DNA of 64,000 nucleotides from Octopus bimaculoides (GCF_001194135.2 NC_068983.1:159505666-159569665), one strand, 5' to 3'; positions 13,030 through 26,975 are shown, counted from the first letter of the stretch. Numbers and translations: made by a program. Notes: generated by a model not told the origin, from the letters alone.

Positions 13030-13740
13030 CCTCTGAAACCTGCTGCCACTTCCCTTACTATATTTTCCTCGGTGTCCTTTCTGAGCAGCCAATTCTGACA
13101 TGAGAGGAATTCCTCCATGTGTTGCCTTAAGAACTTTTGTTGTTTGCTGCGTCTGTTGTTATTCTCAACTTTCCAGTTCCTTTGAATTCAGATCCTTTAA
13201 ATATTCTTTACCGCTTGAATGATAAATCTTAGGACTTTTCATTCGGTACAAATCTAGAATCCTTTCGTGGTGCTGCAAGGTAATCACAGCTTGTATATTT
13301 ATTGTAACCCCGTCTGAGCGCATGTCATTGAATATAGCAGCGCTGAATACCTGCTCCAATAGTTTCACAAAATTGACTACGTTACAGATATTGACATAGT
13401 TACCAATGTCTTTTGCTGTGACTCTCGTGGGATCAGTTTATAGGCAGTTTTGTTACATACACTGCATTTGTTTCAACCCGTTCTAAAATTCACAAACAGC
13501 GTATATCATATCTTATGCAATCCCACTATATGCGTTGTCTTTAATTACTTTCTGGAGGACACGAGAAACGTCCATTTGCCTTTAGCAAAGTACGTGTAAA
13601 TTATCATGTCTCGTGGTTGTATGATAACTTCAAGAAGAGAAGCATCAGGATCTTTGGTATAATATTGCCATGCAGTTGTTTTCTCATTTAAGTGTTCCGT
13701 TTCAGTGTCCCATTCGTTGTAATATATTTTCAAATGTGCG
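13030..13740 (-). pseudogene. Ancient RTE-like reverse transcriptase remnant
   Basis: Stop- and frameshift-riddled minus frames DIGNYVNICNVVNFVKLLEQVF...QAVI...ERILDLYRM...YLKDLNSKELES and WLLRKDTEENIVREVAAGFRG align by eye to the RT motifs NYRPI-KL-E / Q.GF / D.IF.LR / +D+.KAFDS and the RTE-type W..LRK.G+.E.+VR.V..+Y. Confidence 0.5.
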
Positions 13741-14124
13741 TGTGTATTTGTGTGGGTTTGTTTGCGTGTGAGTGTATGTGATTGATACTGTTAACGATGA
13801 TGCTGTTGTTTTTATCAAACGTGTTGTTTACAATGTAACTGTTTTCCGGCGAAATGTAGCCCCACCATTTCCTGAGATTAGAATGTCAAAACATTAAAAA
13901 AAATAGATTTGACATTTTGAATTTTGACATTCTAATCGCAGAAATAATACCAAAATAAAAGCATCTTTTTCGCTTATTTCACTAAAAAATTAACTCTAGT
14001 TGTTCAAAATGTACTGTTTATTGAAGCTGCCAGAAGCTATGAAAATATAGGTCTTGCCAGGCAAGTAATAATATGAACAAGAAAAACAACAGCAAAAACA
14101 AGAACAAGAGCAGCAACAACAACA

Positions 14125-14718
<594 letters not shown>

Positions 14719-15129
14719 AAAGAAAAAGAAATTCAGAAATTTAAGAATTCTCTTCCTCCTACTATTCTCAAAGACTGGAATATACACAATTTCCTGTGAA
14801 TATTTTAAATCTCCCGCAAAATAAGTTACGAAACCTACAAACTTACAGCTTTCGAACTCACAAACGATTAGCTTCCTGAGTATTCGAAAATGTAAACAAC
14901 CTCTTTATTCCAAGAACAGTACAATTTTCTCTGTTCCGACAGACAAAATATCACCTCAAAATCTACAATTTTCTGTGAAAATTTTACCTTCCTTTTCTTT
15001 CTTTTCCTTTCTCCCTGAGTATTCGAAAATGTAAAATGCGAGCGCATTTGCCCATCCTCTAGAATTTTTTTATAAATGCTGTAGCTTTGATTCATGTCTG
15101 CGCATTATCAGCCACTTCATACTAAGTTT

Positions 15130-15910
15130 CTCCTTTTAAAATACCACGGTCAGGTTGTTGTAGATAACGGATTGCAATTTAGCTATTCGTCACCTTTGCC
15201 CGACCCGTTGGAGATAGTTTCCTTCTGCTCCATTCTAGGTGAAACTAGCCACTCTACCCATCATATCTTTCAAGTTTCGTCCACCTGAAGGTCAGGACTA
15301 AACAAAACCAAGTCAAAACTCCCTGCCTCAGGCATTCCACAAGGCCATTAATTACAAGAACTAACCCCTTAATTAACAAAATCTTGGCTCTTGTACATAG
15401 AGTTACCGGCCTAAAATGATCATAGTTCTGACCCTTGTTAGAATCCTTTCTAAGTTGCACCACTACACCACAAATCACAGGACTGTAAGTTCCCCCGCTC
15501 TGCTGCCAATTGCAGATATTTGTCAAGAATTCCCCGAATACGTCTGGCATATGAAAGCAAAGTTTGTAGGGTAGACCATACATCACTGAAATGAAATATG
15601 CTCTTCAATATGACGTACGAATATTATATTGTCAAAGCTCTGCGCATACTCAAAGGCATGGAGGAACGCAAGCCATTCTATGACCCCGGATAGCAGATGC
15701 ACAACCTGGAAACAAAGCCACTATACAGTCGTTGATGCACTGGGGTGGACGCGTGATACTGGATTCCAAACTGGTCTCTGTAGTTTTTTTTCCATCGGTA
15801 CTTCGTTCAAGTATTAGACCCCTATTCATGCAGCAAGCTAACGCTTCCCGTATTTCATCAGATGTTGTCGGCCTTTCCCAAGATTCCGCATCCGAGATCT
15901 GCGGTTGTTG
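15130..15910 (-). mobile_element. Degenerate, rearranged L1/Tx1-clade RT fragment
   Basis: Minus frames ERPTTSDEIREALACC, GLPYKLCFHMPDVFGEFLTNICNWQQSG..RKD..KG..DHFRPVTL, FSPDLQVDET and RKLSPTGRAKV match the longer copy at 46344-48760. Confidence 0.75.
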
Positions 15911-16357
15911 TCACAGCTGCTGTCTTTGTTTTAGTTGCTGTTGTTGTTAGAACCGTCGTTTTGTTGATTTCCTCGTAAACTGTTTTTCCGTTATTGCTTC
16001 TGGTGTTTCAGCTGGGGCAAAAGGAAAAGCTGCAATTCAATTTTTTATTCAAATGGTTAATTTCCCGTTTGTCACTTCATGCATTTTGATGGGCGTGTGT
16101 CCTGGTGTCGACATAATGTTAGACATAAAATTTTACGATCTGAAGAAATTTTTGTCATTAGAGAGATGCCGCCTAAGACCCTCATTTACAATCATTCTTT
16201 TCAAATCGGAGAATAGTGAGGTTTATGTGACGAATCGTTAAGTTTAAATGAAAACAAAGTAGTTCCAAGGAAAACAACTGACCTTCTATGAGCCGAAGTG
16301 AACATTAAGCATAGGACAAAAACAACAACAACAACAATATAATTAATAATATTAATA

Positions 16358-16419
<62 letters not shown>

Positions 16420-17081
16420 AGTAGCAACAACAATAATAATTGGTTGGGACCGAATTATCTGAGAGTCATATTCGAGATTCGGTCTCGATTCTTAATTGCT
16501 GCCATTTTATTTGTCATTTATAACTCTTGATAAAGACATGAATGTCAATGGATTTTATTGCGCTTCTTTATAAATCCAATTTTTCTTATGTAAGAAAAAC
16601 CTCATTTGTTACAGTAAGGATAACTAATTGCTCTACAATATATGATTTCTGTTGCTTCTTTAACTTTTATTGCAGTCGACTTTGACATTTATCTCACCTC
16701 ACATTTTTTAAAATTTGTATCAGTAACGTATTGGAGAGAACGTTAATTGTTAATTCCTCTTTTTATAAATGAAAAACCTCATTGAAATCACTATATTTTA
16801 ACTAGGTGATGCTGAGTTAAATTAAAACCACATTAGTTGTCAGTTAGTATAGTTTCACTTTCCTTGTTAATGTCATTTGTGAAGGTAAGCACGTCAGAAC
16901 CATCTATTTACCATCTCTTAATTAATAAATCCTTATTTTATTCTGCATTTAAAGAAAAAAGACATTCGCCATTGAATCTATTTAACGAGGCATAATCAAC
17001 TTTTTGAAAATGAAAATTGAATGTTTTTAATTATTAATAGACATTTGATTTCATTATAGCTGAGATATTCTTAAAATTAAG

Positions 17082-17151
<70 letters not shown>

Positions 17152-18479
17152 ATTTAATCATCATTGGCACGAGTTATTAAGTAGATTCTTGCGTGCATTA
17201 GGGAGATCATTTTTAAGAGCGATAAAAAGACATACACAAGAAAAAAAAAACAAATGTAACGAAAAAGACAAAAACAAGAACATACATTTCTATACATAGA
17301 TCCTTATTGAAACTTAGCGGAGTTGACATAAATGACGCAAGAGGCCAAACCATTTTTATTACAAAATATCAGCTAATATTGTATCAATATCAGTTCTTGG
17401 AAGATTTCGGAAAACATTGTTGTAAAGCCTGCATTAGTTCTGTAGCGTTTGATGAAAGGTAATATCCGGTGAAACTAATCGATGCTCCACTTTTCTTTTA
17501 TTAAAACTTTGCCAATATCTAGCTTCCTGTTAGCAATCGTTCAAAGAGAATTTTTCTTTAAATTTCAATTATTTTTCTCCGCAAAGTTTTCTAAAAGGAA
17601 CATATAACATTTGTCTTTAATTAATCTGAAGGTAAGATATACGGGCTTTTAGAGAAGGTGGTAGTTGCAGAAGATTTTAGCCAATTATAATTATGATGTG
17701 ATATTCAGAAATTATATTTTGGCAAAGTACTCGAGAAGATTTAAAGCTGAATGATATGCAATTCCCTGGCAAAGAACAATGACCACAAGTATAATTTATG
17801 ACTTTTTAAATATAGCAAGTTTATACGAAAATCGTTTTTTATAAGATACAATCCATTTTAAAGTAAAAAAAAAAATAGTAGTGATTGACTATATCAATTA
17901 TTTCGATGTGTCTACATGAAATATTACACAGAAAACAATTTATATTTAACAAATATTAACTTAACTGTAGACATTATCCCATGTATAATACTACTCACGT
18001 ATGGGGATAAGACAAATTTAAACAAATTATAGATATGTAGACTGGTCAATTTCAGGGAAAATAAATAGTTTCTGGTTCAAATAATGTCATCCAACTGATA
18101 AAACTTATTTGTAAAATATTTCAGTTTAGCAACTTGTTTCTTTTCTTCAGTACATGCTTAGAGTAATTTTAACATTATAACCGTGATCTTGCAAACAAGA
18201 CAAGCTAGTACCAAAAACAAATTTATAGTAAGGTATATTACTTTTTATGGCATTTAATTTATGATTTAGTATAGCAATTAATTTCGTGTATATATATATA
18301 TATATATGTTTGTGTGTGTGTATATGTATATATATATATGTATGTATATCATATATATATATGTATGTATGTATGTATATCATGTAATAGAAGCTGCTTT
18401 ATAATGTAAAAGTTACCGATAACACATAACGTGTGTTGTTTAAACCGCGCAAGCTGGCCTTTTAACAGCTCGCGTACGT

Positions 18480-18930
18480 TCACTGTGTGGCATCGGTAAT
18501 GTGTATCTTTTATTCTGTATCGTTTGCTTGTTTCAATCACTAGACTGCGTCCATGCTGTAACACCACCTTAGAGATTTTTTAGTCGAATGAATGAACCCC
18601 GGTATTTTTTTTTAAGACTGGTACTTATTTTATTGGTTTCTGTTACTGAACTGTTATGTTAGTGAGACATATCTACACAAACACTGGGTTTCAAGCGGTG
18701 AAGGGTGGTGGAAAAACACAGACACAAAGACAAACAGGCATACACATACGTGCACGCACACATATACATATACGATGGACTTCTATCTGTTTCCGTCTAC
18801 CAAATCAACTCACAAGGCTTTGGTAGGCCCAAGGCTATCGTACAAGACACACAAAGCGTCACGCAGTGGGACTGAACCCAGAACAATGTGGTTGGGAAGC
18901 AAACTTCGTATCAAATAACCACACCTGCAT
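18480..18930 (-). mobile_element. SINE family A
   Basis: TTCCGTCTACCAAATCAACTCACAAGGCTTTGG...CACGCAGTGGGACTGAACCCAGAACAATGTGGTTGGGAAGCAAACTT is the reverse complement of the family A head and body. Confidence 0.8.
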
Positions 18931-18959
18931 ATATATTGCATATATATATATATTGTTGT

Positions 18960-19565
18960 ATTTGGAGACGGTTCTTTAAAGAACTCCTGGCACAGAACTC
19001 CATACTCATGAACTTGTACTCTCGCTATGTCGATGATTCAACATAGTGGTAAAGGCACTCACACAAGAAAGTACCCTTGAAATAGAAGCAGAAACTAATA
19101 CTATGAGGTGCATGCATCAAATAGCTAACTCCATCCAGCAGAGTATTAAGATCACGATAGACTACCCTACGAAAATCTCTTACCTTAGACTCCCAGTACT
19201 AGATACAGAACTCTGGCTGGAATCAGTGAATAATAAAACCCCAATCATTCATTCACACTATGTCAAACCTATAGCCTCCAAGTACCTGATCCACACGAAC
19301 TCAGCTATCGCGGACAATGGCAAATTCAATATATTGATGGCAGACCCTATCAAAATAATGAGAAATGTGTCCCGCGTGTGCGACACTATGAGTTAAAGAG
19401 ACACATACACCACTTCGTTCTCCGCATGCAGTTCTCAGGATACAGTCATAGAGAAAGGATCAGAGTATATAAAGGAGCCATGAGGAAATTTGAAACTATC
19501 ATTTGTAACGATAGAAATTGGATTTTTCCACTCTATAGGAGCAAGTCATGGAATACTTACTTTTG
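18960..19565 (+). mobile_element. Penelope-like element RT (YVDD motif and thumb region)
   Basis: LYSRYVDD (YVDD at 19026-19037), then IANSI..IKITIDYP..LPVLD..HYVKPIASKYLIHTNSA..NIL..IMRNVS and HFVLRMQFSGYS..R...PLYRSKSW, which are typical PLE RT C-terminal motifs. Frameshifted. Confidence 0.8.
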
Positions 19566-19599
19566 AAAGGACTAAGAAGAAAATAGGAAATGCCAACTC

Positions 19600-19913
19600 A
19601 TGGTATTATAGCCACAAAAACCTGGAAGCAGAGATAACTCGAATGTGGAATCTAAAAACAGAAACAATTCCTATCATATTAGGTGCCTTAGGTATAATAA
19701 AAAAATATTTAGACAAATACATAACAAAAACACCAGGACTAACAAATATATATAACATACAGAAAATTGCACTACTGGGCACTGCACACATCCTACGCAA
19801 AACACTTTCAATACAGTAACTATAAGAGCGTCACAGCAAACCACAGCACATACCCAAGGCACACAGAGCAGCGCTCGGTAGTGAAGTGAAAGCACGTTAC
19901 AAAAATAAAACTA

Positions 19914-19956
<43 letters not shown>
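19600..19956 (+). mobile_element. R4/Dong-clade LINE 3' end with (TAA)n tail
   Basis: KNLEAEITRMWNLKTETIPIILGALG...IQKIALLGTAHILRKTLSIQ* (RLE C-terminus), a short 3' UTR, then (TAA)n running into the gap. The same 3' end occurs at 24672-24851. Confidence 0.85.
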
Positions 19957-20741
19957 NNNNNNNNNNNNNNNNNNNNNNNNNNNNNNNNNNNNNNNNNNNN
20001 NNNNNNNNNNNNNNNNNNNNNNNNNNNNNNNNNNNNNNNNNNNNNNNNNNNNNNNNNNNNNNNNNNNNNNNNNNNNNNNNNNNNNNNNNNNNNNNNNNNN
20101 NNNNNNNNNNNNNNNNNNNNNNNNNNNNNNNNNNNNNNNNNNNNNNNNNNNNNNNNNNNNNNNNNNNNNNNNNNNNNNNNNNNNNNNNNNNNNNNNNNNN
20201 NNNNNNNNNNNNNNNNNNNNNNNNNNNNNNNNNNNNNNNNNNNNNNNNNNNNNNNNNNNNNNNNNNNNNNNNNNNNNNNNNNNNNNNNNNNNNNNNNNNN
20301 NNNNNNNNNNNNNNNNNNNNNNNNNNNNNNNNNNNNNNNNNNNNNNNNNNNNNNNNNNNNNNNNNNNNNNNNNNNNNNNNNNNNNNNNNNNNNNNNNNNN
20401 NNNNNNNNNNNNNNNNNNNNNNNNNNNNNNNNNNNNNNNNNNNNNNNNNNNNNNNNNNNNNNNNNNNNNNNNNNNNNNNNNNNNNNNNNNNNNNNNNNNN
20501 NNNNNNNNNNNNNNNNNNNNNNNNNNNNNNNNNNNNNNNNNNNNNNNNNNNNNNNNNNNNNNNNNNNNNNNNNNNNNNNNNNNNNNNNNNNNNNNNNNNN
20601 NNNNNNNNNNNNNNNNNNNNNNNNNNNNNNNNNNNNNNNNNNNNNNNNNNNNNNNNNNNNNNNNNNNNNNNNNNNNNNNNNNNNNNNNNNNNNNNNNNNN
20701 NNNNNNNNNNNNNNNNNNNNNNNNNNNNNNNNNNNNNNNNN

Positions 20742-21235
20742 TGGTATAAAAAGATGGGCTACAGCAAATATTCTGCTTAATACCACAGATTTGCTTGTCA
20801 GTTGTTTGACATTAACCAGTTAAGCATGTCCCTTGGTGGCTGACGATATGTGCATCTCTGATCATGAGCAGAAGTAGTGGGGGAGCATTATAGCCATGTG
20901 TTGAGAGGAATTCTTTTGGGTTTGAATAATTCACCTTTGGAAACATGGGTGTTTTGCTCAACATCCTTAAACAAACCTTATTCAGGGACTTTTTGAGCGG
21001 GATGGGTTACCCGACTTGAAGAAAATTCTAACTGGGCCCCACCTGCGAGGTCATGCGCTGTTTATCTTGATATGAGATCACCATGTCGTGCAGATATGGT
21101 TGTGATGTATGTGTCTCGTGTAACCTTATCAGACGGGTAGTCATGATGGGTGTACTGGGCTTCGTATATTTTACCCCAGTCTCACTTTGATGGCATGCCC
21201 TGCTCTCTCATTCATTAATAATAATAATAATCACA
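20742..21235 (+). mobile_element. Non-coding repeat ending in (TAA)n, probably a LINE 3' UTR
   Basis: About 490 bp of GC-richer sequence terminating CTCTCTCATTCATTAATAATAATAATAAT. The 5' part is lost in the gap. Confidence 0.45.
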
Positions 21236-21246
21236 TAAGAACAAGG

Positions 21247-21344
21247 ACGAAGTAATATACAATAAGAAGGTGTAGAATACGTGATGACGGTGATGAAACA
21301 ACAAATCATATTCTTTCTGTTTCCCCAGTCCTGGCTAAGAAGGA

Positions 21345-21436
<92 letters not shown>

Positions 21437-21528
21437 CTTCTTAGCCAGGACTGGGGACCAGATAGAATATGATTTGTTGTTTCTTCATCATCACATATTC
21501 TACAGCTTTTTATTGTATATTTCTTCGT
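21247..21528. repeat. Fold-back: about 98-bp inverted arms (Dong zinc-knuckle DNA) around (AC)n
   Basis: Left arm 21247-21344 and right arm 21435-21528. The inner 22 nt (CCCCAGTCCTGGCTAAGAAGGA) are perfectly complementary. The left arm reads RCRIRDDGDETTNHILSVSPVLAKKEY. Confidence 0.85.
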
Positions 21529-22619
21529 GTTTTTTTCTAAAATTGGATATATGCGACGCAGTAACTATTTTCGGCAGACATATTCCCGGAATTAGCGCGC
21601 CAAAACGAAGACTTTTGAATTGTACCATTAAGTTGTAATTAACAGAACCATATACGCGTTCACTTATGGCGGTGGGCAACTTTGTATAAGATTCTGAGAA
21701 TTATGATTCCATTACAAATCACGCTGAAGAGAAACAGACATTCGGTAAGAGTGTTAATTTCGAAACTGGTTCGTCTATTAATAATGTTTTATTTCTGTAA
21801 TTTTCACTGTCTTGCCCGCTTACGCTTTGGTATTCCGCTGAATTTCGTTTTGAGAACAATTTAGGTCTTAGAAGACACAAGATGTGGTCTATTTCTAGCA
21901 CATTAAATCTCCACTTTAGTGGTCAACGTTGTATATATATATATATATATATATATNNNNNNNNNNNNNNNNNNNNNNNNNNNNNNNNNNNNNNNNNNNN
22001 NNNNNNNNNNNNNNNNNNNNNNNNNNNNNNNNNNNNNNNNNNNNNNNNNNNNNNNNNNNNNNNNNNNNNNNNNNNNNNNNNNNNNNNNNNNNNNNNNNNN
22101 NNNNNNNNNNNNNNNNNNNNNNNNNNNNNNNNNNNNNNNNNNNNNNNNNNNNNNNNNNNNNNNNNNNNNNNNNNNNNNNNNNNNNNNNNNNNNNNNNNNN
22201 NNNNNNNNNNNNNNNNNNNNNNNNNNNNNNNNNNNNNNNNNNNNNNNNNNNNNNNNNNNNNNNNNNNNNNNNNNNNNNNNNNNNNNNNNNNNNNNNNNNN
22301 NNNNNNNNNNNNNNNNNNNNNNNNNNNNNNNNNNNNNNNNNNNNNNNNNNNNNNNNNNNNNNNNNNNNNNNNNNNNNNNNNNNNNNNNNNNNNNNNNNNN
22401 NNNNNNNNNNNNNNNNNNNNNNNNNNNNNNNNNNNNNNNNNNNNNNNNNNNNNNNNNNNNNNNNNNNNNNNNNNNNNNNNNNNNNNNNNNNNNNNNNNNN
22501 NNNNNNNNNNNNNNNNNNNNNNNNNNNNNNNNNNNNNNNNNNNNNNNNNNNNNNNNNNNNATATATATATATATATATACATACATATATATATGGGAGA
22601 ATTTACGAAAAAAACAACA

Positions 22620-22800
22620 GAGGAAGACAGGTGATGTAAACAACAAATGGATGTATTAGTTTAACGCTCGGGAATATAGAATGACTTTGACGTTTCGAGC
22701 CTACGCTCTTCAACTGAAGGGATCACAGAAAGAAACAAGGAGAGAAACAAGGAGAAAAAACATAAATGTAGTGGTCGGCGATGTACGATCTCTTCTTGAG
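22620..22800 (-). mobile_element. Penelope-type terminal-repeat fragment with hammerhead-like motif
   Basis: Minus strand 22685-22720 reads CCTT-CAGTTGA-A-GAGC gtag GCTC-GAAA-CGTC-AAAG. Confidence 0.5.
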
Positions 22801-23168
22801 GAAATGTACAGAGAAAAGGTGTTGATAACTAATCACTCGGCTTATCGTGTGTGTGTGTATGTGTGTGCATGAAGGGTTGCTTTTGCGTTGCAACGCATCG
22901 GCATAAGCAAGCAAATTACAATGCTAACTCATATTTCACATACTACTCCATTTTGTATGTATGTATGTATGTATGTTTCTGTGTCTGTGTGTGTGTGTAT
23001 GTGAAAATAGATACTAACATGTGCGTGCGTAGATTTGTCAAAATCTGCGAATGTAATTTCGTATACATATAAACACAAGAATGAGTGAAATCAAATTGTG
23101 TGTGTGTAGAAATATATATGCAAACACGCATGCATACAGGCTGACACACACATACATATGCACAAACC

Positions 23169-23216
<48 letters not shown>

Positions 23217-23232
23217 GTGTCTGTCTGTCTGT

Positions 23233-23279
<47 letters not shown>

Positions 23280-23340
23280 CATATATGTATGTATGTAAAT
23301 ATATTCATGTATATTTACATATGGATGCGTGTATATGTGC

Positions 23341-23377
<37 letters not shown>

Positions 23378-23453
23378 ATATATATATATACATATATATA
23401 ATGTATATATATACATATATATATATACATGTATATATAGAGAAACGTATGTG

Positions 23454-23504
<51 letters not shown>

Positions 23505-23728
23505 ATATATATATATATATATTACAGTCACAGGCACATGTACATATATGCACACATAAATATGGACGTTATGCTATACTTAATACCGAAAACTATAAAA
23601 TTTGAATATTGCTTCTACCAAATCAAAATTTAATATAATTTTTAATGACTAGCCTACTATCTTTGCCTTACAGAACTATTTTTAACCACGCGATAAAACC
23701 AGTTAAAACACAACACTCGTAGACTCAC

Positions 23729-23773
23729 CCATCTCACTCGAAAATAACTGCATGACCTTGACTATAGCAGCCA
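23729..23773 (-). CDS. Candidate 45-nt phase 1-1 exon (V)AAIVKVMQLFSSEM(G)
   Basis: Minus-strand acceptor TGTATTATTTTAAAG and consensus GTGAGT donor. The other two frames contain stops. Confidence 0.25.
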
Positions 23774-23914
23774 CTTTAAAATAATACAATGTAGACATGA
23801 GCTATAAACATCTACTAAATTCAACCAGACCTTTTACTTCATCGTGCATATACGACATTATTAGCAATGCAATTTCTCTTCTTTTCCGTTCCTCCACCCC
23901 GTTATGGAACTGCA

Positions 23915-24851
<937 letters not shown>

Positions 24852-25038
24852 NNNNNNNNNNNNNNNNNNNNNNNNNNNNNNNNNNNNNNNNNNNNNNNNN
24901 NNNNNNNNNNNNNNNNNNNNNNNNNNNNNNNNNNNNNNNNNNNNNNNNNNNNNNNNNNNNNNNNNNNNNNNNNNNNNNNNNNNNNNNNNNNNNNNNNNNN
25001 NNNNNNNNNNNNNNNNNNNNNNNNNNNCAATGCCGACA

Positions 25039-25040
<2 letters not shown>

Positions 25041-25109
<69 letters not shown>

Positions 25110-25250
25110 CTTCGTAACACAATGTAGGTAAAAATGCACCGAAATCTTTAGTCATCTGTCAAGTCACAACGAGGACCTCAGACAGTTAATACTTTCCCTA
25201 AGATGTGCCCTGTGACCAATAAGGCTGCTGCTTGCAAGACATCAGTCTTT
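25041..25250 (-). mobile_element. R4/Dong 3' end (copy C, different family)
   Basis: Minus frame QAALLVTGHILGKVLTV*, followed by a 3' UTR and an (AAT)n tail at 25041-25107. Confidence 0.65.
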
Positions 25251-25277
25251 CATGGGATTTTTATTATTATTATGTCG

Positions 25278-25378
25278 TTTTTTTCTTCTTTCTTCTTCTT
25301 CTTCTTCTTCTTCTTCTTCTTCTTCTTCTTCTTCTTCTTCTTCTTCTTCTTCTTCTTCTTCTTCTTCTTCTTCTTCTT

Positions 25379-25452
<74 letters not shown>
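25278..25452. repeat. (TTC)n(TTA)n compound microsatellite
   Basis: Read directly from the sequence. Confidence 0.95.
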
Positions 25453-25453
<1 letters not shown>

Positions 25454-25479
25454 GCTATCAATTATACTTCATCACTCTC

Positions 25480-26000
25480 ATTAATATTCTTTCTTTAGGT
25501 TTTTTTTTTATCAACTTCCTTACAATATTGTGCACTTATCAATCTTCATCCTCCATCCTCTCTGTAAAAATATAATGCTTCAATATCTTGGTTGTAAACC
25601 TCAGCAGATTTTGAACATTTTCCTTGACATTTTGTTCTCAAAATTTTCCTTTGTTCATTAGATTATTCTGGCGTCGTATCTAATAATAGACACATCTGTT
25701 GAGTTTAAGGCAGTGATAGTATTTATACTTTTAGACATGGATTGTACAATTCTATTTCCTTCTCAGAAATATTTTCTCCTGATTTAGTCTTTCATTATTC
25801 CATCCTTTATACTATATATCCTAGATATCTCTTTCGATTATCCGTATCCATTCCCCGTTTACTAAATTCACCTCGTTTATACTAAATTTATTTTGTCTCT
25901 TTCAAAATATTTTCATTTGCACATTTGGAAATACCAAATTCCTTTCTGTTGTCATAGCTAAACATTCTCTTTCAGCTTTACCATATCATTTTAGATTACA
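25480..26000 (-). mobile_element. Old R4/Dong RT C-terminal fragment (copy D)
   Basis: Minus frames FGISKCA, RYLG, INTITALNSTDVSIIRYDARII and DIEALYF.R.DGG resemble the R4-clade YLG / N.I.AIN..AV.++RY.AG / D+.RLY+.R..GGRG motifs. Confidence 0.6.
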
Positions 26001-26079
26001 CATGAATAGCAAATGACTGGTAAGATTGTTCATTTGCTGCCAACATCTACGACGGGTAGGTATGTAGCAGCTAGTGGTA

Positions 26080-26750
26080 CGTTGAGGCTGCGTCATATGT
26101 AGAATTTCAAAGATGGTGAGCAGGTGTGGTCAACGTTTGGTTGGAGCGTTTTTTCCACAGCTCATATTTTTGAAGGAGATACAGTCCTGGATCAAGAGTA
26201 GATATAGGCTGGGCGCCCAGCATCTGAAGTGCCATGAAGCGCTCACAGCTCCCTATTTGTCGGGTAATATGGTCGATGTATGTTCTACCATGGCGTTCAA
26301 TAGGGGATTAGTGGTTGGTAGAACGAAGACATTCTCGGGGAAACTGTGCGTCGATGAACATCAACTGCCTGCTCTGCTTCGAAGGACTTTCAGACCAGAA
26401 CACATGGGTAATTTACAGAAATCTCAGGCCTGGCAGTACTACCGGGGTGTGACGTTGCTGCACTGGTATAATAGTGCCGTCGGCCGCGTCTGCTCGAGAT
26501 ACTTGCAGAGCGACGAAACTGCCCTGCACAGGCTCGTACAGTGCTCGAGGATTGCTGATTTGTAAAGTTCTGTCGAATAGCTGCTATCACATATAGGACG
26601 GATCAGGGAGTTCACCGAGTCCATTATGAAAATCCCATCCCACAGTTTTCATTTGTTCTGGAAGGGCAGACATTTTCCCCTTTCTGATGGCTGTAGTAAA
26701 AGAAGTTGTGCAGTGGATGCGATTGAAAGACAGAGACATTTCTTTAAGGT
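26080..26750 (+). mobile_element. L1/Tx1-clade ORF2 C-terminal fragment (degenerate)
   Basis: FPQLIFLKEIQSWIKSR..LLRRTFRPEHMGNLQKSQAWQYYRG..DETALHRLVQC; homologous to the copies at 46344 and 52319. Interrupted at 26755 by a SINE. Confidence 0.8.
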
Positions 26751-26754
26751 CACG

Positions 26755-26935
26755 CTGGCAGAATCGATAGCACACCGGGCAAATTGCTTAGCTGTATAAC
26801 GTCCATCTCTATGTTCTGAGATCAAATTCCCCCGAAGTCGATTTTGTCTTTCCTCCCTTTTAGAGTCGGCAAAATATGTACCGGTAGAGCACTGGGATAA
26901 TCGACTTGCCCCACACCGAAATTCTTCCAAAATTT
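26755..26935 (+). mobile_element. SINE family B
   Basis: GCTGGCAGAATCGATAGCACACCGGGCAAATTGCTTAGC..GTTCTGAGATCAAATTCC..GTCGATTTTGTCTTTC. Confidence 0.75.
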
Positions 26936-26937
26936 GA

Positions 26938-26975
<38 letters not shown>

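Noticed and set aside
21560-21610. E2F-like GCGCGCCAAAA motif in a small CpG-richer patch as a promoter
   Set aside because: A single short motif with no TSS or first-exon evidence.
26113-26565. 150-aa ORF as a host zinc-binding gene (likewise the 201-aa ORF at 52268)
   Set aside because: Both are homologous to the LINE ORF2 C-terminus present in several copies in this window.
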